NCBI GenBank assembly: GCA_039189765.1
Contig: JBCCYL010000005.1
Location: 1 to 64,000 of the forward strand
DNA: 64,000 nucleotides
DNA from: Cyanobacteria bacterium P01_F01_bin.150
Lineage (GTDB): Bacteria; Cyanobacteriota; Cyanobacteriia; CAKZMO01
Reading direction: 5' to 3'
Part shown: one piece after another, positions 1-9,242 of the stretch
Layout of the letters: every line of letters starts with the position of its first letter
Numbering within the stretch: the first letter of the stretch is position 1
Notes under the pieces: generated by a model
Databases searched by the model: none
What the model saw: only the letters and a program-made list of their open reading frames with translations
What the model was told of the DNA's origin: nothing
Position numbers and translations under genes: made by a program

Positions 1-141
1 CCCCACCCTACAGCCGCCTCTGGCGTGTGCCCGTAAGGGACGCGTTCCGCTTGGGGTTGGCCGGTCACCATCCGTATTTTTGGCCAAGTGGAAGGGGCTA
101 CCGCACGCGCGCAATGTAGCCTAGCGTGACTCCAAAAGGAC

Positions 142-1542
142 ATGGCCATGGCCGAACAAGCAAAGTTCCTGCAGGGCAACCTCTTCCGGCACATCTCGGT
201 GATGTCGCTGACCGCCTCGGTCGGGTTGATGGCGGTGTTCTTGGTGGACTTCGTCGACATGATCTTCATCTCGATGCTCGGCAAGGAAGAGCTTGCCGCC
301 GCCGTAGGCTATGCGGGCGCGATCCTCTTCTTCACCACGTCCTTTGGGATTGGCATGGCGATCGCCGCAGGCGCCTTGGTGGCGCGATCGCTGGGCGCGG
401 GCGACGAGGTGCGCGCCCGCCAGCAGGCCAGCCATGCGCTCGTTTACGCGGTGATCTTCGGGGCGATCTTTGCGGGGCTGGTCTGGCTGAACCTGGAGCC
501 CTTGGTCCAGCTCATGGGCGCCAGCGGCGAAACCCAGGATCTGGCCGTGGGATACCTGGCGATCATCGTGCCGTCGCTGCCACTGTTGATGATCGGGATG
601 ATCGGTGGCGCGATCCTGCGCGCCCATGGCGATGCGCGGCGCGCGATGATGGCCACGATCTATGGCGGGCTGGTGAATGCAATCCTGGACCCGATCCTGA
701 TCTTCGGCCTCGACCTGGAACTGACCGGCGCTGCCTGGGCGAGCGTGGCCGCGCGGGCCGCCATCGCGGGCACGGCGCTGATCCCGATCTTCCGCCACCA
801 TGGCGGGCTGGAACCGCCCGAGGCGCGCGGCATGGCCGCCGACCTGCGGCCGGTTCTGGTGATCGCCGTGCCCGCGATCCTGACGCAGCTCGCCACGCCC
901 GTGGGCCAAGCCTATGTCACGCGCTCAATGGCCGAATACGGCGCTGAGGCGGTTGCGGGCATGGCCATCGTCGGGCGCCTGACGCCGGTGGCCTTCGGGG
1001 TGATCTTTGCGCTCTCGGGCGCAATTGGGCCCATCATCGGCCAGAACTACGGCGCCGGGTCGCACACCCGCGTGCGCGGCGCGTTCCGCGACGGGCTGAT
1101 CTTTTGCGCGGTGGTGGTTCTGGTGATCACTGGCGTTTTGTTCGCCCTCCGCGGCCCCATTGGCGCGCTTTTCGACGCCTCTGGCGTGACGCTGACGCTC
1201 GTCTACCTTTTCTGCGGGCCACTGGCGCTCGCGTTCTTTTTCAACGGCGCGATCTTTGTGGCCAACGCGGCGTTCAACAACCTCGGCCACCCGTTCTATT
1301 CCACCTGGATCAACTGGGGCCGCCACACCCTGGGGACGATCCCGCTTGTCCTGATCTTCGGCGCCTGGCTCGGCGCGCCGGGCGTCTTGATCGGCCAAGC
1401 GCTGGGCGGGGTGATCTTTGCGCTGATCGCCATTTGGCTCGCGCTGCGGGTGATGCGCACGTCGGAGGCTGGCGCGGTGGAAAGCGCAGAGCCCTTCGCC
1501 CGCCAGTCGCGGCTGATGTCGCTTTTGCATCTGCGGAAGTAA
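142..1542 (+). CDS. MATE family multidrug/toxin efflux transporter
   Basis: 466 aa with about 12 hydrophobic segments. MATE-type motifs include VDMIFISMLG, ILRAHGDARRAM, NAILDPILIFG and IGQNYGAG. High-GC codon usage. Start could be 148. Confidence 0.92.
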   Translation: MAMAEQAKFLQGNLFRHISVMSLTASVGLMAVFLVDFVDMIFISMLGKEELAAAVGYAGAILFFTTSFGIGMAIAAGALVARSLGAGDEVRARQQASHALVYAVIFGAIFAGLVWLNLEPLVQLMGASGETQDLAVGYLAIIVPSLPLLMIGMIGGAILRAHGDARRAMMATIYGGLVNAILDPILIFGLDLELTGAAWASVAARAAIAGTALIPIFRHHGGLEPPEARGMAADLRPVLVIAVPAILTQLATPVGQAYVTRSMAEYGAEAVAGMAIVGRLTPVAFGVIFALSGAIGPIIGQNYGAGSHTRVRGAFRDGLIFCAVVVLVITGVLFALRGPIGALFDASGVTLTLVYLFCGPLALAFFFNGAIFVANAAFNNLGHPFYSTWINWGRHTLGTIPLVLIFGAWLGAPGVLIGQALGGVIFALIAIWLALRVMRTSEAGAVESAEPFARQSRLMSLLHLRK

Positions 1543-1617
1543 CGGCGACGCGGCCGGCAAGCTGCCCCTGGACAAGGGCACGCCGCGCGCCATCTCTCGC
1601 CCCAACGGGAGAGACAC

Positions 1618-2838
1618 ATGACAGCATGGATCGCAACGCGCGCGGCAGGTCTGGCCCGCATGGAAGAGTTCGGCCCGCGCATGGGCCGCCGCTATGCCAG
1701 CGGGCGGAATTATGACCGGGGGCCCGGCAAGCACAGCGCTGTGTCGGGACTGTCTCCGTACCTGCGGCGGCGGCTGATCACCGAGCGGGAGGTGGTGGGC
1801 CTCGCGCTTGATCAGCACGGGCCCGAAGGCGCCGAAAAGTTCATCCAAGAGGTCGTTTGGCGCGGCTATTTCAAAGGCTGGCTGGAACGCCGCCCGTCCA
1901 TTTGGGCTGACTATCGCCGCGGGCTTGATGCGGACCGGGCCGCGCTTGACCGGGATCGGCGCTTGCGCAAGGCCGTGGAGGCGGCGGAGGCCGGGCAAAG
2001 CGGGCTCGACTGCGTGGATGGTTGGGCGCGGGAGCTGGTGGAGACCGGATACCTGCACAACCACGCGCGCATGTGGTTCGCCTCAATTTGGGTGTTCACG
2101 CTGGAATTGCCCTGGCGGCTCGGCGCAGATTTCTTCCTGCGGCATCTGTTGGACGGGGATCCGGCATCAAACACGTTGGGTTGGCGTTGGGTGGCGGGGC
2201 TGCACACCCGCGGCAAGGCTTACCAGGCGAAGGCCTGGAATATAGCGAAGTTCACCGACGGGCGGGTTCACCCGCGCGACGCGGATCTGGCCGCGGGGAT
2301 CCGGCCCTTGGAGTTTACCGAGCCCGAGGGCCTGCCACAGGTTGCACCGCTTCGCGCGCCCGTGGCGCCAGCGACGGGCACGCCCACGGCGCTGTTGATT
2401 GCGGAAGACGAGTGCAAGCTCGAAGACTTCCAGCCGGAGCGGCTGGACCTCGTCGGTGCGGCAACGCTCGCGGCGAGCCACCTGCGGTCCGACGCGCCGG
2501 TGGGCGACGGTGTGGTCGACTTCGAGACGAGCGCTCTTGCCGACGCGGCCGAACGTTTGGGGCTAGAGGCGACGGCGATGCGCGCCGGAAGCCCGGCTGA
2601 CCTGGTGCGCTGGGCCAAAGGCCTCGGCGCGGCGCAGATCGCCAGCGGCTATGTGCCCACGGGCCCGCTTCGCGACTGGCTGGACGAGGCCGCGCCGGCC
2701 CTGGCCGAGGCTGGCATCACGCTGACCGAATGGCGCCGCGACTGGGACGCGCAGGTCTGGCCGCACGCCACCGCCGGGTTCTTCAAGGTCAAAAAGATCA
2801 TCCCGCGGCTGATTCACCAATTGGACCTCGCCGCATGA
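1618..2838 (+). CDS. Photolyase-family protein with N-terminal FAD-binding domain (NewPHL-like inverted domain order)
   Basis: FAD-binding motifs lie in the N-terminal half (VSGLSPYLR, FIQEVVWRGY, ETGYLHNHARMWFAS, LLDGDPASNTLGWRWVAG). An alpha/beta-like segment follows (TALLIAEDEC...) rather than preceding them. Confidence 0.8.
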   Translation: MTAWIATRAAGLARMEEFGPRMGRRYASGRNYDRGPGKHSAVSGLSPYLRRRLITEREVVGLALDQHGPEGAEKFIQEVVWRGYFKGWLERRPSIWADYRRGLDADRAALDRDRRLRKAVEAAEAGQSGLDCVDGWARELVETGYLHNHARMWFASIWVFTLELPWRLGADFFLRHLLDGDPASNTLGWRWVAGLHTRGKAYQAKAWNIAKFTDGRVHPRDADLAAGIRPLEFTEPEGLPQVAPLRAPVAPATGTPTALLIAEDECKLEDFQPERLDLVGAATLAASHLRSDAPVGDGVVDFETSALADAAERLGLEATAMRAGSPADLVRWAKGLGAAQIASGYVPTGPLRDWLDEAAPALAEAGITLTEWRRDWDAQVWPHATAGFFKVKKIIPRLIHQLDLAA

Positions 2839-2958
2839 CCGACGCCACGCTCGCAACCGAAAACGTTCAGGACTACCCGCGCCCGCCAGCGCTCGAACCG
2901 GTGCCGCAGCGGATCGAAGTGCGCTTCGGCGGGTCGGTCATCGTGGACACGACCCGCG
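2835..2958 (+). pseudogene. DUF427-family protein, 5' fragment cut at the junction
   Basis: ATGA overlap with the photolyase stop. Translates MTDATLATENVQDYPRPPALEPVPQRIEVRFGGSVIVDTTR; ENVQDYPRPP is the typical DUF427 N-terminus. It then runs into unrelated repeat DNA. Confidence 0.8.
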
Positions 2959-4683
2959 TTTCCTCTCTCGGGAGGGGCTAGGGGTGGGTTTCCCCTCTCG
3001 GGAGGGGCTAGGGGTGGGTTTCCCCTCTCGGGAGGGGCTAGGGGTGGGTTTCCCCTCTCGGGAGGGGCTAGGGGTGGGTTCTTCTGCCTTCATCCTTCTG
3101 CCTTCTGCCTTTAATTCATCCTTCTGCCTTCTGCCTTCTGCCTTTAACAACACGTCCGTAGGGTTTTGAAGCACGTCATCTAAACGGCTAAGGGTGCCTT
3201 CTAATTCTTGAACATCGCCGCCGAGTTTAATAAGCTGCTGGACGGGTTGGGTAAACTGCTGCATTAGGGACTGAAAAGCCACCAGTTCACCGATGGTTAA
3301 GACTCCGTCCATGACTCGTAGTCCACCGATTACCAGCAGCAGCATGGTACTGATTCCGGTTAGGAACGAAGGCACCAGGGAAATACGTTGGGCGAGTCCA
3401 TCCATTTCTTGGCGGGCATTGAGGGATTTGGCGTAGTATCCGGCCCATTTGGTAAAAAAGTCTGATTCTAGACCTGAGGCTTTTAGGGTCTCCATGCTTT
3501 GCAGTCCGGCGATCGCCACCCCACTTACCTTTCCCTGCTCCTGCATTAGGCGAGTATTAGTATCCGATCGCTGCCGGGCCACCCACTGCATTGCCACTAA
3601 GTTAATGGCGATAAAGGCAATGCCAATCAGAGTGAGAACCCAGTCATAGCACAGCATTACCGCACCGTAGAAGAGGACCATTACGCCTGAAATGGTGGTG
3701 GTGGCCAGTTCCCCAGACAGGAGGTTGGCCAGCCGATCGTTGAGCTTGATACGGTTGCTAATTTCCCCGGCAAAACGCTGGTCGTAGAAGCTAACGGGCA
3801 GGTGCAAAATATGCCAGATAAACTGACTGGACATGCTCATGGAGAGCTTAATTTTAAGCTGGCGCAGCACCTGAAGCTGGAGGCGCGTTAGTAATCCCGT
3901 CAGTCCTGCCACGGCAATCATTGCCAGCACTAGGGGGCGCAGCCATCCGTCTCGACCTTGGATTAGCACCTGGTCAATAAAAATTTTGGAGAACGCGGGC
4001 ATGGCCAATCCTGGCAGCACCAGTAAAAAGCCCACTATCAGGCAAAAAATCAGAGAGGGCATAGACCCCTGTAAGCGTTCCTGTAGTGCCTTAACCACGC
4101 TGGGCTTTGCACCACCTGTTTCAAAGGCTGGACTGGGTTGGAAGGTGAGCACCACCCCCGTAAATGCCTCGCCAAATTCACTCCAGGTGACGCTGCGGGG
4201 TCCGGTGGCGGGATCGTTGAGAAATACCCGGCCTCGATGGAACCCTTCCACCACTAGGAAATGATTAAAGTTCCAAAACACAATAAAGGGGCGAGGCAGG
4301 CGTTCCAATTGGTTCAAGGGGGCTTTAAATCCTTTGGAAATTAAGTTGTAACGCTTGCCCGCATTCAGCACGTTGGAAGCTTTACTGCCATCTCGGGAGA
4401 TGCCGCAGGCTTGGCGCAATTCCGCTAGGGCAACAACTCGCTGGTGGTAGCCCAAAATCATTCCCAAGGAGGCCGCTCCACATTCCACCGCTTCCATTTG
4501 TAAAAGCGTCGGCGTGCGGCGGATATCTGGGGGCTTTATCCAGTCTTGGAGGAGAGGTGGCAGTTTGGGATGGAGCCAGTCCCGTATCGGGACCCAGCGG
4601 TTGTTTATGGGGTCTTTTATATAGGCTTTTATATAGGCTTGGAGCGTGGTGTAAAGGGAGGCGATCGCGTTAGCTTGGCTCAT
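2959..4683 (-). CDS. NHLP/bacteriocin-type peptidase C39-ABC transporter; ATPase domain missing (truncated at junction)
   Basis: C39 motifs QMEAVECGAASL, NHFLV and LNDPA are followed by an ABC transmembrane domain ending RLDDVL. Repeat-encoded linker follows, with no Walker A/B before the junction. Confidence 0.9.
2961..3080. repeat. 30-bp tandem repeat x4 (TCCCCTCTCGGGAGGGGCTAGGGGTGGGTT), REP-like palindromic unit
   Basis: Four head-to-tail copies read directly, the first with one mismatch. Internal hairpin CCCCTC..GAGGGG. The same unit forms the inverted arms at 54303-54396. Confidence 0.95.
3082..3142. repeat. Heptamer STRR-type repeats (TTCTGCC / GGCAGAA), in frame in the ABC linker (KAEGRRQK)
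   Basis: TTCTGCC/TTCATCC units are directly visible. The same heptamer occurs at 52843-52884. Confidence 0.9.
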
Positions 4684-4684
4684 T

Positions 4685-6184
4685 TTAGCTCACCCCCAAA
4701 AGGGTCTTTAGGAAGGGCAATACGTAGGTAATCGGCTGGCGTTTGTCTACGGTAATTTGAACTTCGGTCGTAGTGCCAGGACTAAAACACTGATGATCCG
4801 GGCCATTGGATGATGACCAGTTGTAGCGATAGGCGCAGTCGGAGGTGGAAGTGGAAGTGTCTAGTGATGTGGCTGGAACGGTCGTCAATTGCGCCTGGAT
4901 GGCCACCTGGGAGCCTTCACCCAAAATACCGGGGAGAACATTGGGATGTCCCACCAGGTCAATGGCCTCCTGTTGCGATACGGCAAAAGCGGAAACCTCG
5001 GTCACTCGACCGATAATGCCGCCATATTCCTCCCGCTTCACCGTGGTGGGTGTTACCTGAACATCCATATCTTCAAAAATTTTTCTGCCGTCCGACGCGG
5101 GTAAAAAGGCCACACTCATGGGGGGGTGATCCTGGTCATAGACGCCAATGGTGCCAATGGCCATTCCCGGTTCAATTTGTTGCCCCAGTTGAACGCTCAG
5201 CTCTAGAACTTGCCCGTCACTGGTACTAACAATGTCTTGATTGCGCGATAGCTCCAGGGTCAGTTGGGCAATGGTACGTTCTGTCTCCTGAATCTCCTGG
5301 GTACGGTTAGCGGTAGCCAAGGCATCCTGCTCCGTTTGACTGGCGATCCGGCTGTCTAATTCCTGGAGTTCCCCCTGGATTTGGGCAATGCGGTTGAGAT
5401 TTTGAGCATAGTCTCGCTGGGCATTGACATCATCCACCGCTAGCTGACTCAATTGCGTCTCCACCTGACGGATCTGCTGCTCCACATCTCGGTACTCCTG
5501 TTCCGCCTGAAGCAGTTCGTCCTGGGAAATAACGATGGCTTCGGCCTCTGTATTGGCCTGCTGGCGGAGCTGCCAGCGATCGCGATGGGTGCCCATTAAT
5601 CCCGTCAGTGTCTCCAAGCGACTTTCCAACGCCGATTGCTCCTGCAGGATCGAGGCTTGGGCTTTAGTTTGCAAAATCGGGGTCAGGGCTTGCTCCGCCG
5701 CCAGCTCCTGCTGTAAACTGCGCCGCTGTTGGTCGATGGCGCGTTGCTCCGAGCGTCCCCGCATCGTCTGGAGCCGGTCCGCCTCCTGCTGCTGGTCTTG
5801 GAGTTGGGATAGCTTTAACTGGGCCAGGGCCAACTGCTGCTCCAACTCCCGCTGATCCAACCGGGCAATCACTTGTCCTGGTTCAACTGCGTCGCCTTCT
5901 GCCACTAGAATCTCCTGAACTTGTCCTGATGTGGCAGATTGTAGCGGTGACACCTGGCTGGGATAGACTAAAATCCCCTGGCCCTCAACCCGCACGGGGA
6001 TTTGGCCTATTATGCTCCACGCGACCCCAGCGGTTACCAGTCCTCCTAGGGCTAAAAGGGAAATCCACCGTTTGGGATTAACGATTTGAATTAGCTGATC
6101 CAACCGTTCGGGGGAGGCATTATGGTCTAGGGCATCCTGACGGAAAATCGTATTTTTTGGGGGGGCTTTTTCTTGGGTAATCAT
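4685..6184 (-). CDS. NHLP bacteriocin system secretion protein (HlyD-family membrane fusion protein)
   Basis: N-terminus IFRQDAL..SPERLDQL, one TM helix, lipoyl-like halves flanking a long coiled coil, and VKREEYGGIIGRV, YNWSSSNGP and QPITYVLPFL motifs. Confidence 0.9.
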   Translation of the reverse strand: MITQEKAPPKNTIFRQDALDHNASPERLDQLIQIVNPKRWISLLALGGLVTAGVAWSIIGQIPVRVEGQGILVYPSQVSPLQSATSGQVQEILVAEGDAVEPGQVIARLDQRELEQQLALAQLKLSQLQDQQQEADRLQTMRGRSEQRAIDQQRRSLQQELAAEQALTPILQTKAQASILQEQSALESRLETLTGLMGTHRDRWQLRQQANTEAEAIVISQDELLQAEQEYRDVEQQIRQVETQLSQLAVDDVNAQRDYAQNLNRIAQIQGELQELDSRIASQTEQDALATANRTQEIQETERTIAQLTLELSRNQDIVSTSDGQVLELSVQLGQQIEPGMAIGTIGVYDQDHPPMSVAFLPASDGRKIFEDMDVQVTPTTVKREEYGGIIGRVTEVSAFAVSQQEAIDLVGHPNVLPGILGEGSQVAIQAQLTTVPATSLDTSTSTSDCAYRYNWSSSNGPDHQCFSPGTTTEVQITVDKRQPITYVLPFLKTLLGVS

Positions 6185-6187
6185 GGG

Positions 6188-7225
6188 CTATTGTATCCTT
6201 GCTGTAACCTGGGCCTGCTGCAATCGCTTTACCATCCACTCAAATCGAGCTTCGGCAAGGGATAGCTTCGCCAGCAGTTCGTGGTCTAATTCCTGAATTC
6301 CGAGGCTAAATCCGATGCGCTCACCAATACGCTCCAAAATCTGCTGTTGCTTATTGGCCAACAACAACCCGAGGACGCGATAAATGCGAGCGGCAAAGTC
6401 TGCATCGTAAAGGAGGCGAGCCATTAGCCGCCATCGCGGAATTGACAACACCGTCGTGTCTCGAATCGCACGGGCCGTAAATAACGGTGGATACGTATCA
6501 ACAAATATCCCTTCTCCAACTACACTGCCCTGGGTCAACCGGGCAAATTCCTTTTCCTCCACCGCCACTCCGCCAAAGGCGGCAACCATTGGAGCCTGTA
6601 CCTGTTCTGGAGCCGAGAGGGCGATCGCCCCATTTAGCACAATATGAAACCCATCCAACGGTCGTCCCCGCTGCACTAGGATGCTGCCCGGTTCCAGGGA
6701 GTGGCGATCGCCCACGCTAATCAACCAGTCCAAGTCCCCATCCTCTAGCGCCCCAAATACTGTTACCGCCTCTTTTAGCTGAAGCTGAGTCAGCAGGTCC
6801 AAACTATAGCCACAGCGCTGGGCGATTCCTTCCAGGCGATTGTTCAGGAGCTGAAGAGTGAACTGGTAAAAGCGAACGGCAAAATCAGCATCTTCTGCTA
6901 CATAAGCGGTCAGGGCCTCTTTGGGAATAGATAGCAGCGTAGACGGCACCACTGCTCTAACCCTGGCTGGAGGCAAAAAATGAGGCAGTCCTGGCAAGAA
7001 TCCCCAGATCTCGCCACTGCTAATCCGACTAATCTCTAGGGCTTGGTCGGCATTTTCTGGATTAAGTAACTCGACCGCCAGCCCTCCTTCCAACACAAGA
7101 TAAAGCTGGTGGGGACTCTCGTCTGCTTCAATAATGACGGTGTGGGGCGCGATCGTCTGTGAGGTTCCGCGAGCTAGGAACCAATCAATGTCCTGACTGC
7201 AAAACTCATCTAAAATAGTTTTCAT
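6188..7225 (-). CDS. Tandem cyclic-nucleotide-binding domain protein (bacteriocin-transport associated)
   Basis: Two cNMP-type repeats (LYLVLEGGL..ISSGEIWG..VRA; FHIVLNGAI..LTQGSVVGE..ARAIRDT) with no HTH. Sits between the precursors and HlyD. Confidence 0.85.
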   Translation of the reverse strand: MKTILDEFCSQDIDWFLARGTSQTIAPHTVIIEADESPHQLYLVLEGGLAVELLNPENADQALEISRISSGEIWGFLPGLPHFLPPARVRAVVPSTLLSIPKEALTAYVAEDADFAVRFYQFTLQLLNNRLEGIAQRCGYSLDLLTQLQLKEAVTVFGALEDGDLDWLISVGDRHSLEPGSILVQRGRPLDGFHIVLNGAIALSAPEQVQAPMVAAFGGVAVEEKEFARLTQGSVVGEGIFVDTYPPLFTARAIRDTTVLSIPRWRLMARLLYDADFAARIYRVLGLLLANKQQQILERIGERIGFSLGIQELDHELLAKLSLAEARFEWMVKRLQQAQVTARIQ

Positions 7226-7241
7226 ATGATATCTCCTGCTT

Positions 7242-7607
7242 TTACCAAAAACCCAAGGATTGAAAAAAGCTATCTAAGCGACTTTTAAATGCCCAGAAAT
7301 GGCCCATAGATTGAAACGATCCTTCAAACTGAAAGCCAAAAATGGAGGTCTGAGAACTGTAGTTTAATGATGATGAGCTAGCACCATCATCCATTACCGT
7401 TGTTTGGCTTGAAATGTCCGTAGATGTTTGTCCAAAAACATAGGAAATACTGACATCAATACCACCCGATATCTCATCTAATTCTAAATCCGATAGCTCC
7501 ACAAAATTGGAATCACTAATTTTCGATATATCAGAGTCTGAATGATGTACTGAAGCATCTATTTGGTTTTCCATAGAGATAGAATTAGGAAAGAAATTAT
7601 GCATCAT
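7242..7607 (-). CDS. Double-glycine-leader peptide precursor (bacteriocin/RiPP-like), 121 aa
   Basis: FVELSDLELDEISGG cleavage motif ending at aa 49. The 72-aa core is Ser/Thr/Phe-rich with an amphipathic aromatic tail. Co-oriented with the C39 exporter. Confidence 0.75.
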   Translation of the reverse strand: MMHNFFPNSISMENQIDASVHHSDSDISKISDSNFVELSDLELDEISGGIDVSISYVFGQTSTDISSQTTVMDDGASSSSLNYSSQTSIFGFQFEGSFQSMGHFWAFKSRLDSFFQSLGFW

Positions 7608-7816
7608 TTTAGTTTATCTAGGCATTGCTTAAACCGTCTTTTTACAGCAGTTAAATAAGACTATTTGCTTATCAATAATAAAGGAGTGAGTAGCAGTTGG
7701 TGCTCGACTCCTACCCACTCTCAAGCACCATTCCAGTTCCAGCGTACTAAAGTCATTTCTAAATTAGACGGGTCAGCCACTGGCAGGAAAGTTGGTTCTC
7801 GTAAACCGAAATCGAA

Positions 7817-8113
7817 CTAGCTTTCAAAATCAATGGTTTGGAACGCAAAACTTTCTTTACTGCTGTATCCAGCAAAGGAGGTGGTGCCTGCACCATCAGG
7901 ACCAGCAAAGGTGCTCTGTCCCGAGAAAAAATTCTCTTCTGAATAACCACTACCTGAACTTCCAAAGAAGCTATCAAATCCTCCAAAGTTCATACCAAAG
8001 CCACCAGACACTTCATCCAGTTGCCCTTCAGACAGCTCAGAAATACCAGTTTCTTCAGGATCTACAACAGGCATTTCAGTCATCATTTCAGGATTGATTT
8101 CGTTTGACATCAT
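7817..8113 (-). CDS. Double-glycine-leader peptide precursor (cyanobacterial tandem 'CTB'-like bacteriocin), 98 aa
   Basis: ELSEGQLDEVSGG motif ending at aa 38. The 60-aa core is Gly/Ser/Phe-rich and contains QSTFAGPDGAGTTS. An RBS-like GAAGGA lies upstream. Confidence 0.8.
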   Translation of the reverse strand: MMSNEINPEMMTEMPVVDPEETGISELSEGQLDEVSGGFGMNFGGFDSFFGSSGSGYSEENFFSGQSTFAGPDGAGTTSFAGYSSKESFAFQTIDFES

Positions 8114-8258
8114 TGCAATTCATCCTTCGATAAAAGTGATTAGATAAAACGCATTGTCTGTGCGCTTCACTTCTATTTACTGCTCAGGGCTTGGAACTTA
8201 TTCAATTTACCAAAGTTGGATATCAACTTTGGGCAGCTAGTGGATTCACTGTCACGAC

Positions 8259-8800
8259 TCATCGTCCCCTTTGAGAGCTCCTAGTCTCATTGAAATCCTT
8301 AGCAAGCACAGCTTCTGTCACCTCCAACGTTAAGAAATCTGCTTGCATGTCTGCTGTGCTAAGCGCACTCTTAACAAGTTCTACTAGATTTCCTCTAATA
8401 ATCTGCTCAACTGACACGTTAACAGAAATGTAATCGAGTTCCATGCCTTCCTTCAGCCAACTTCTGAGTTGTTTACATGCTGACACTAAGACAAACTGAC
8501 CAATTTCAGAGATTAGTCCTGTCATTTCAGCTATTGAAATCAGTTCTTCGACAAACACGCCAGATAACCCTGGATGATCGCAACGAAACAAAGCTTCCGT
8601 ACCGATAGTCTGCTTAGATGCTAAATCTACCAGTGGCTGATAGTGGATCTTAACCAATCCATCACGTAATGATTCACGAAGACAATTCTCTGCGCGTATT
8701 GTTTTGTCATTTAGCTGAGCGTCCAGTTCTCTTGTAGTCCCTTCGACTCTTACAATACGCCAGTTTTTGCCTTCTTCAAGATACTCAAGCAAATCAACCG
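8259..8800 (-). pseudogene. EAL (c-di-GMP phosphodiesterase) domain fragment
   Basis: HYQPLVDL, GTEALFR, ISVNVS and LEVTE are present. The ORF stops before the DDFG half of the domain and has no convincing N-terminus. Confidence 0.75.
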
Positions 8801-8802
8801 GG

Positions 8803-8925
8803 ATTGTTTTCGTGGCGGGGTTTATCGGTCTGGACCTTGCTACCATTACAGTGTTTCCGCTGTTATTTGATCAAGTCGCTCAGCTTTCTCAGCGGTTGCC
8901 CGATTGGGTCGATGCGAGTAAATAG
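8803..8925 (+). pseudogene. Internal fragment resembling an AI-2E family transporter
   Basis: Manual translation IVFVAGFIGLDLATITVFPLLFDQVAQLSQRLPDWVDASK* matches the TM + 'P.L..Q...L..RLP.W' pattern of AI-2E proteins. No start codon. Confidence 0.5.
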
Positions 8926-8948
8926 AAACACAGGTGGGAAGCGCTAAA

Positions 8949-9044
8949 GGGCATCTGATGATGGCAGAATACCCAGAGGTGGTCAACAAAGCGATCGCCC
9001 GATTCATTTCAGGGCTGGATACTCATTCTCAAACCCCGCCTTAA
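8949..9044 (+). pseudogene. C-terminal fragment of an alpha/beta hydrolase
   Basis: Manual translation GHLMMAEYPEVVNKAIARFISGLDTHSQTPP* matches the catalytic-His terminal motif GH...E.PE.VN.AI..F. Confidence 0.6.
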
Positions 9045-9242
9045 TATCAGCTATTTTTTCATGCAGATTTCCTATTTTTTCCAGATATCTTTATGATGTC
9101 AGTTACTGGGATACTAGTAGTCGTTTGAGTACACAACTGCTACTGTGAAGCTAGTGTGTTGCACTGCTATATCTACATTTCTGTGGAATAGCGATAGGGC
9201 CAAACCGATAGAAAAAATCATGACTCAATCTTTTCTCTGGCA

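Noticed and set aside
121..2856. Numerous long alternative-frame and antisense ORFs over the MATE and photolyase genes
   Set aside because: Expected in high-GC DNA. They are Arg/Gly/Pro-rich with no recognisable motifs.
1..2958. High-GC block as a genuine horizontally acquired island
   Set aside because: No mobility genes or att sites, and genes on both sides are broken at a tandem repeat. An assembly or concatenation artefact is more parsimonious.
2730..2981. 83-aa ORF as a complete gene
   Set aside because: The real start is ATG 2835 (DUF427), and its stop comes from foreign repeat DNA across the junction.
2961..3080. 30-bp palindromic repeats as a CRISPR array
   Set aside because: The units are head-to-tail with no spacers, and there are no cas genes in the window.
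7759..8097. 75-aa (-) and 101-aa (+) ORFs as additional precursors
   Set aside because: They overlap the 98-aa precursor in other frames and lack a GG leader.
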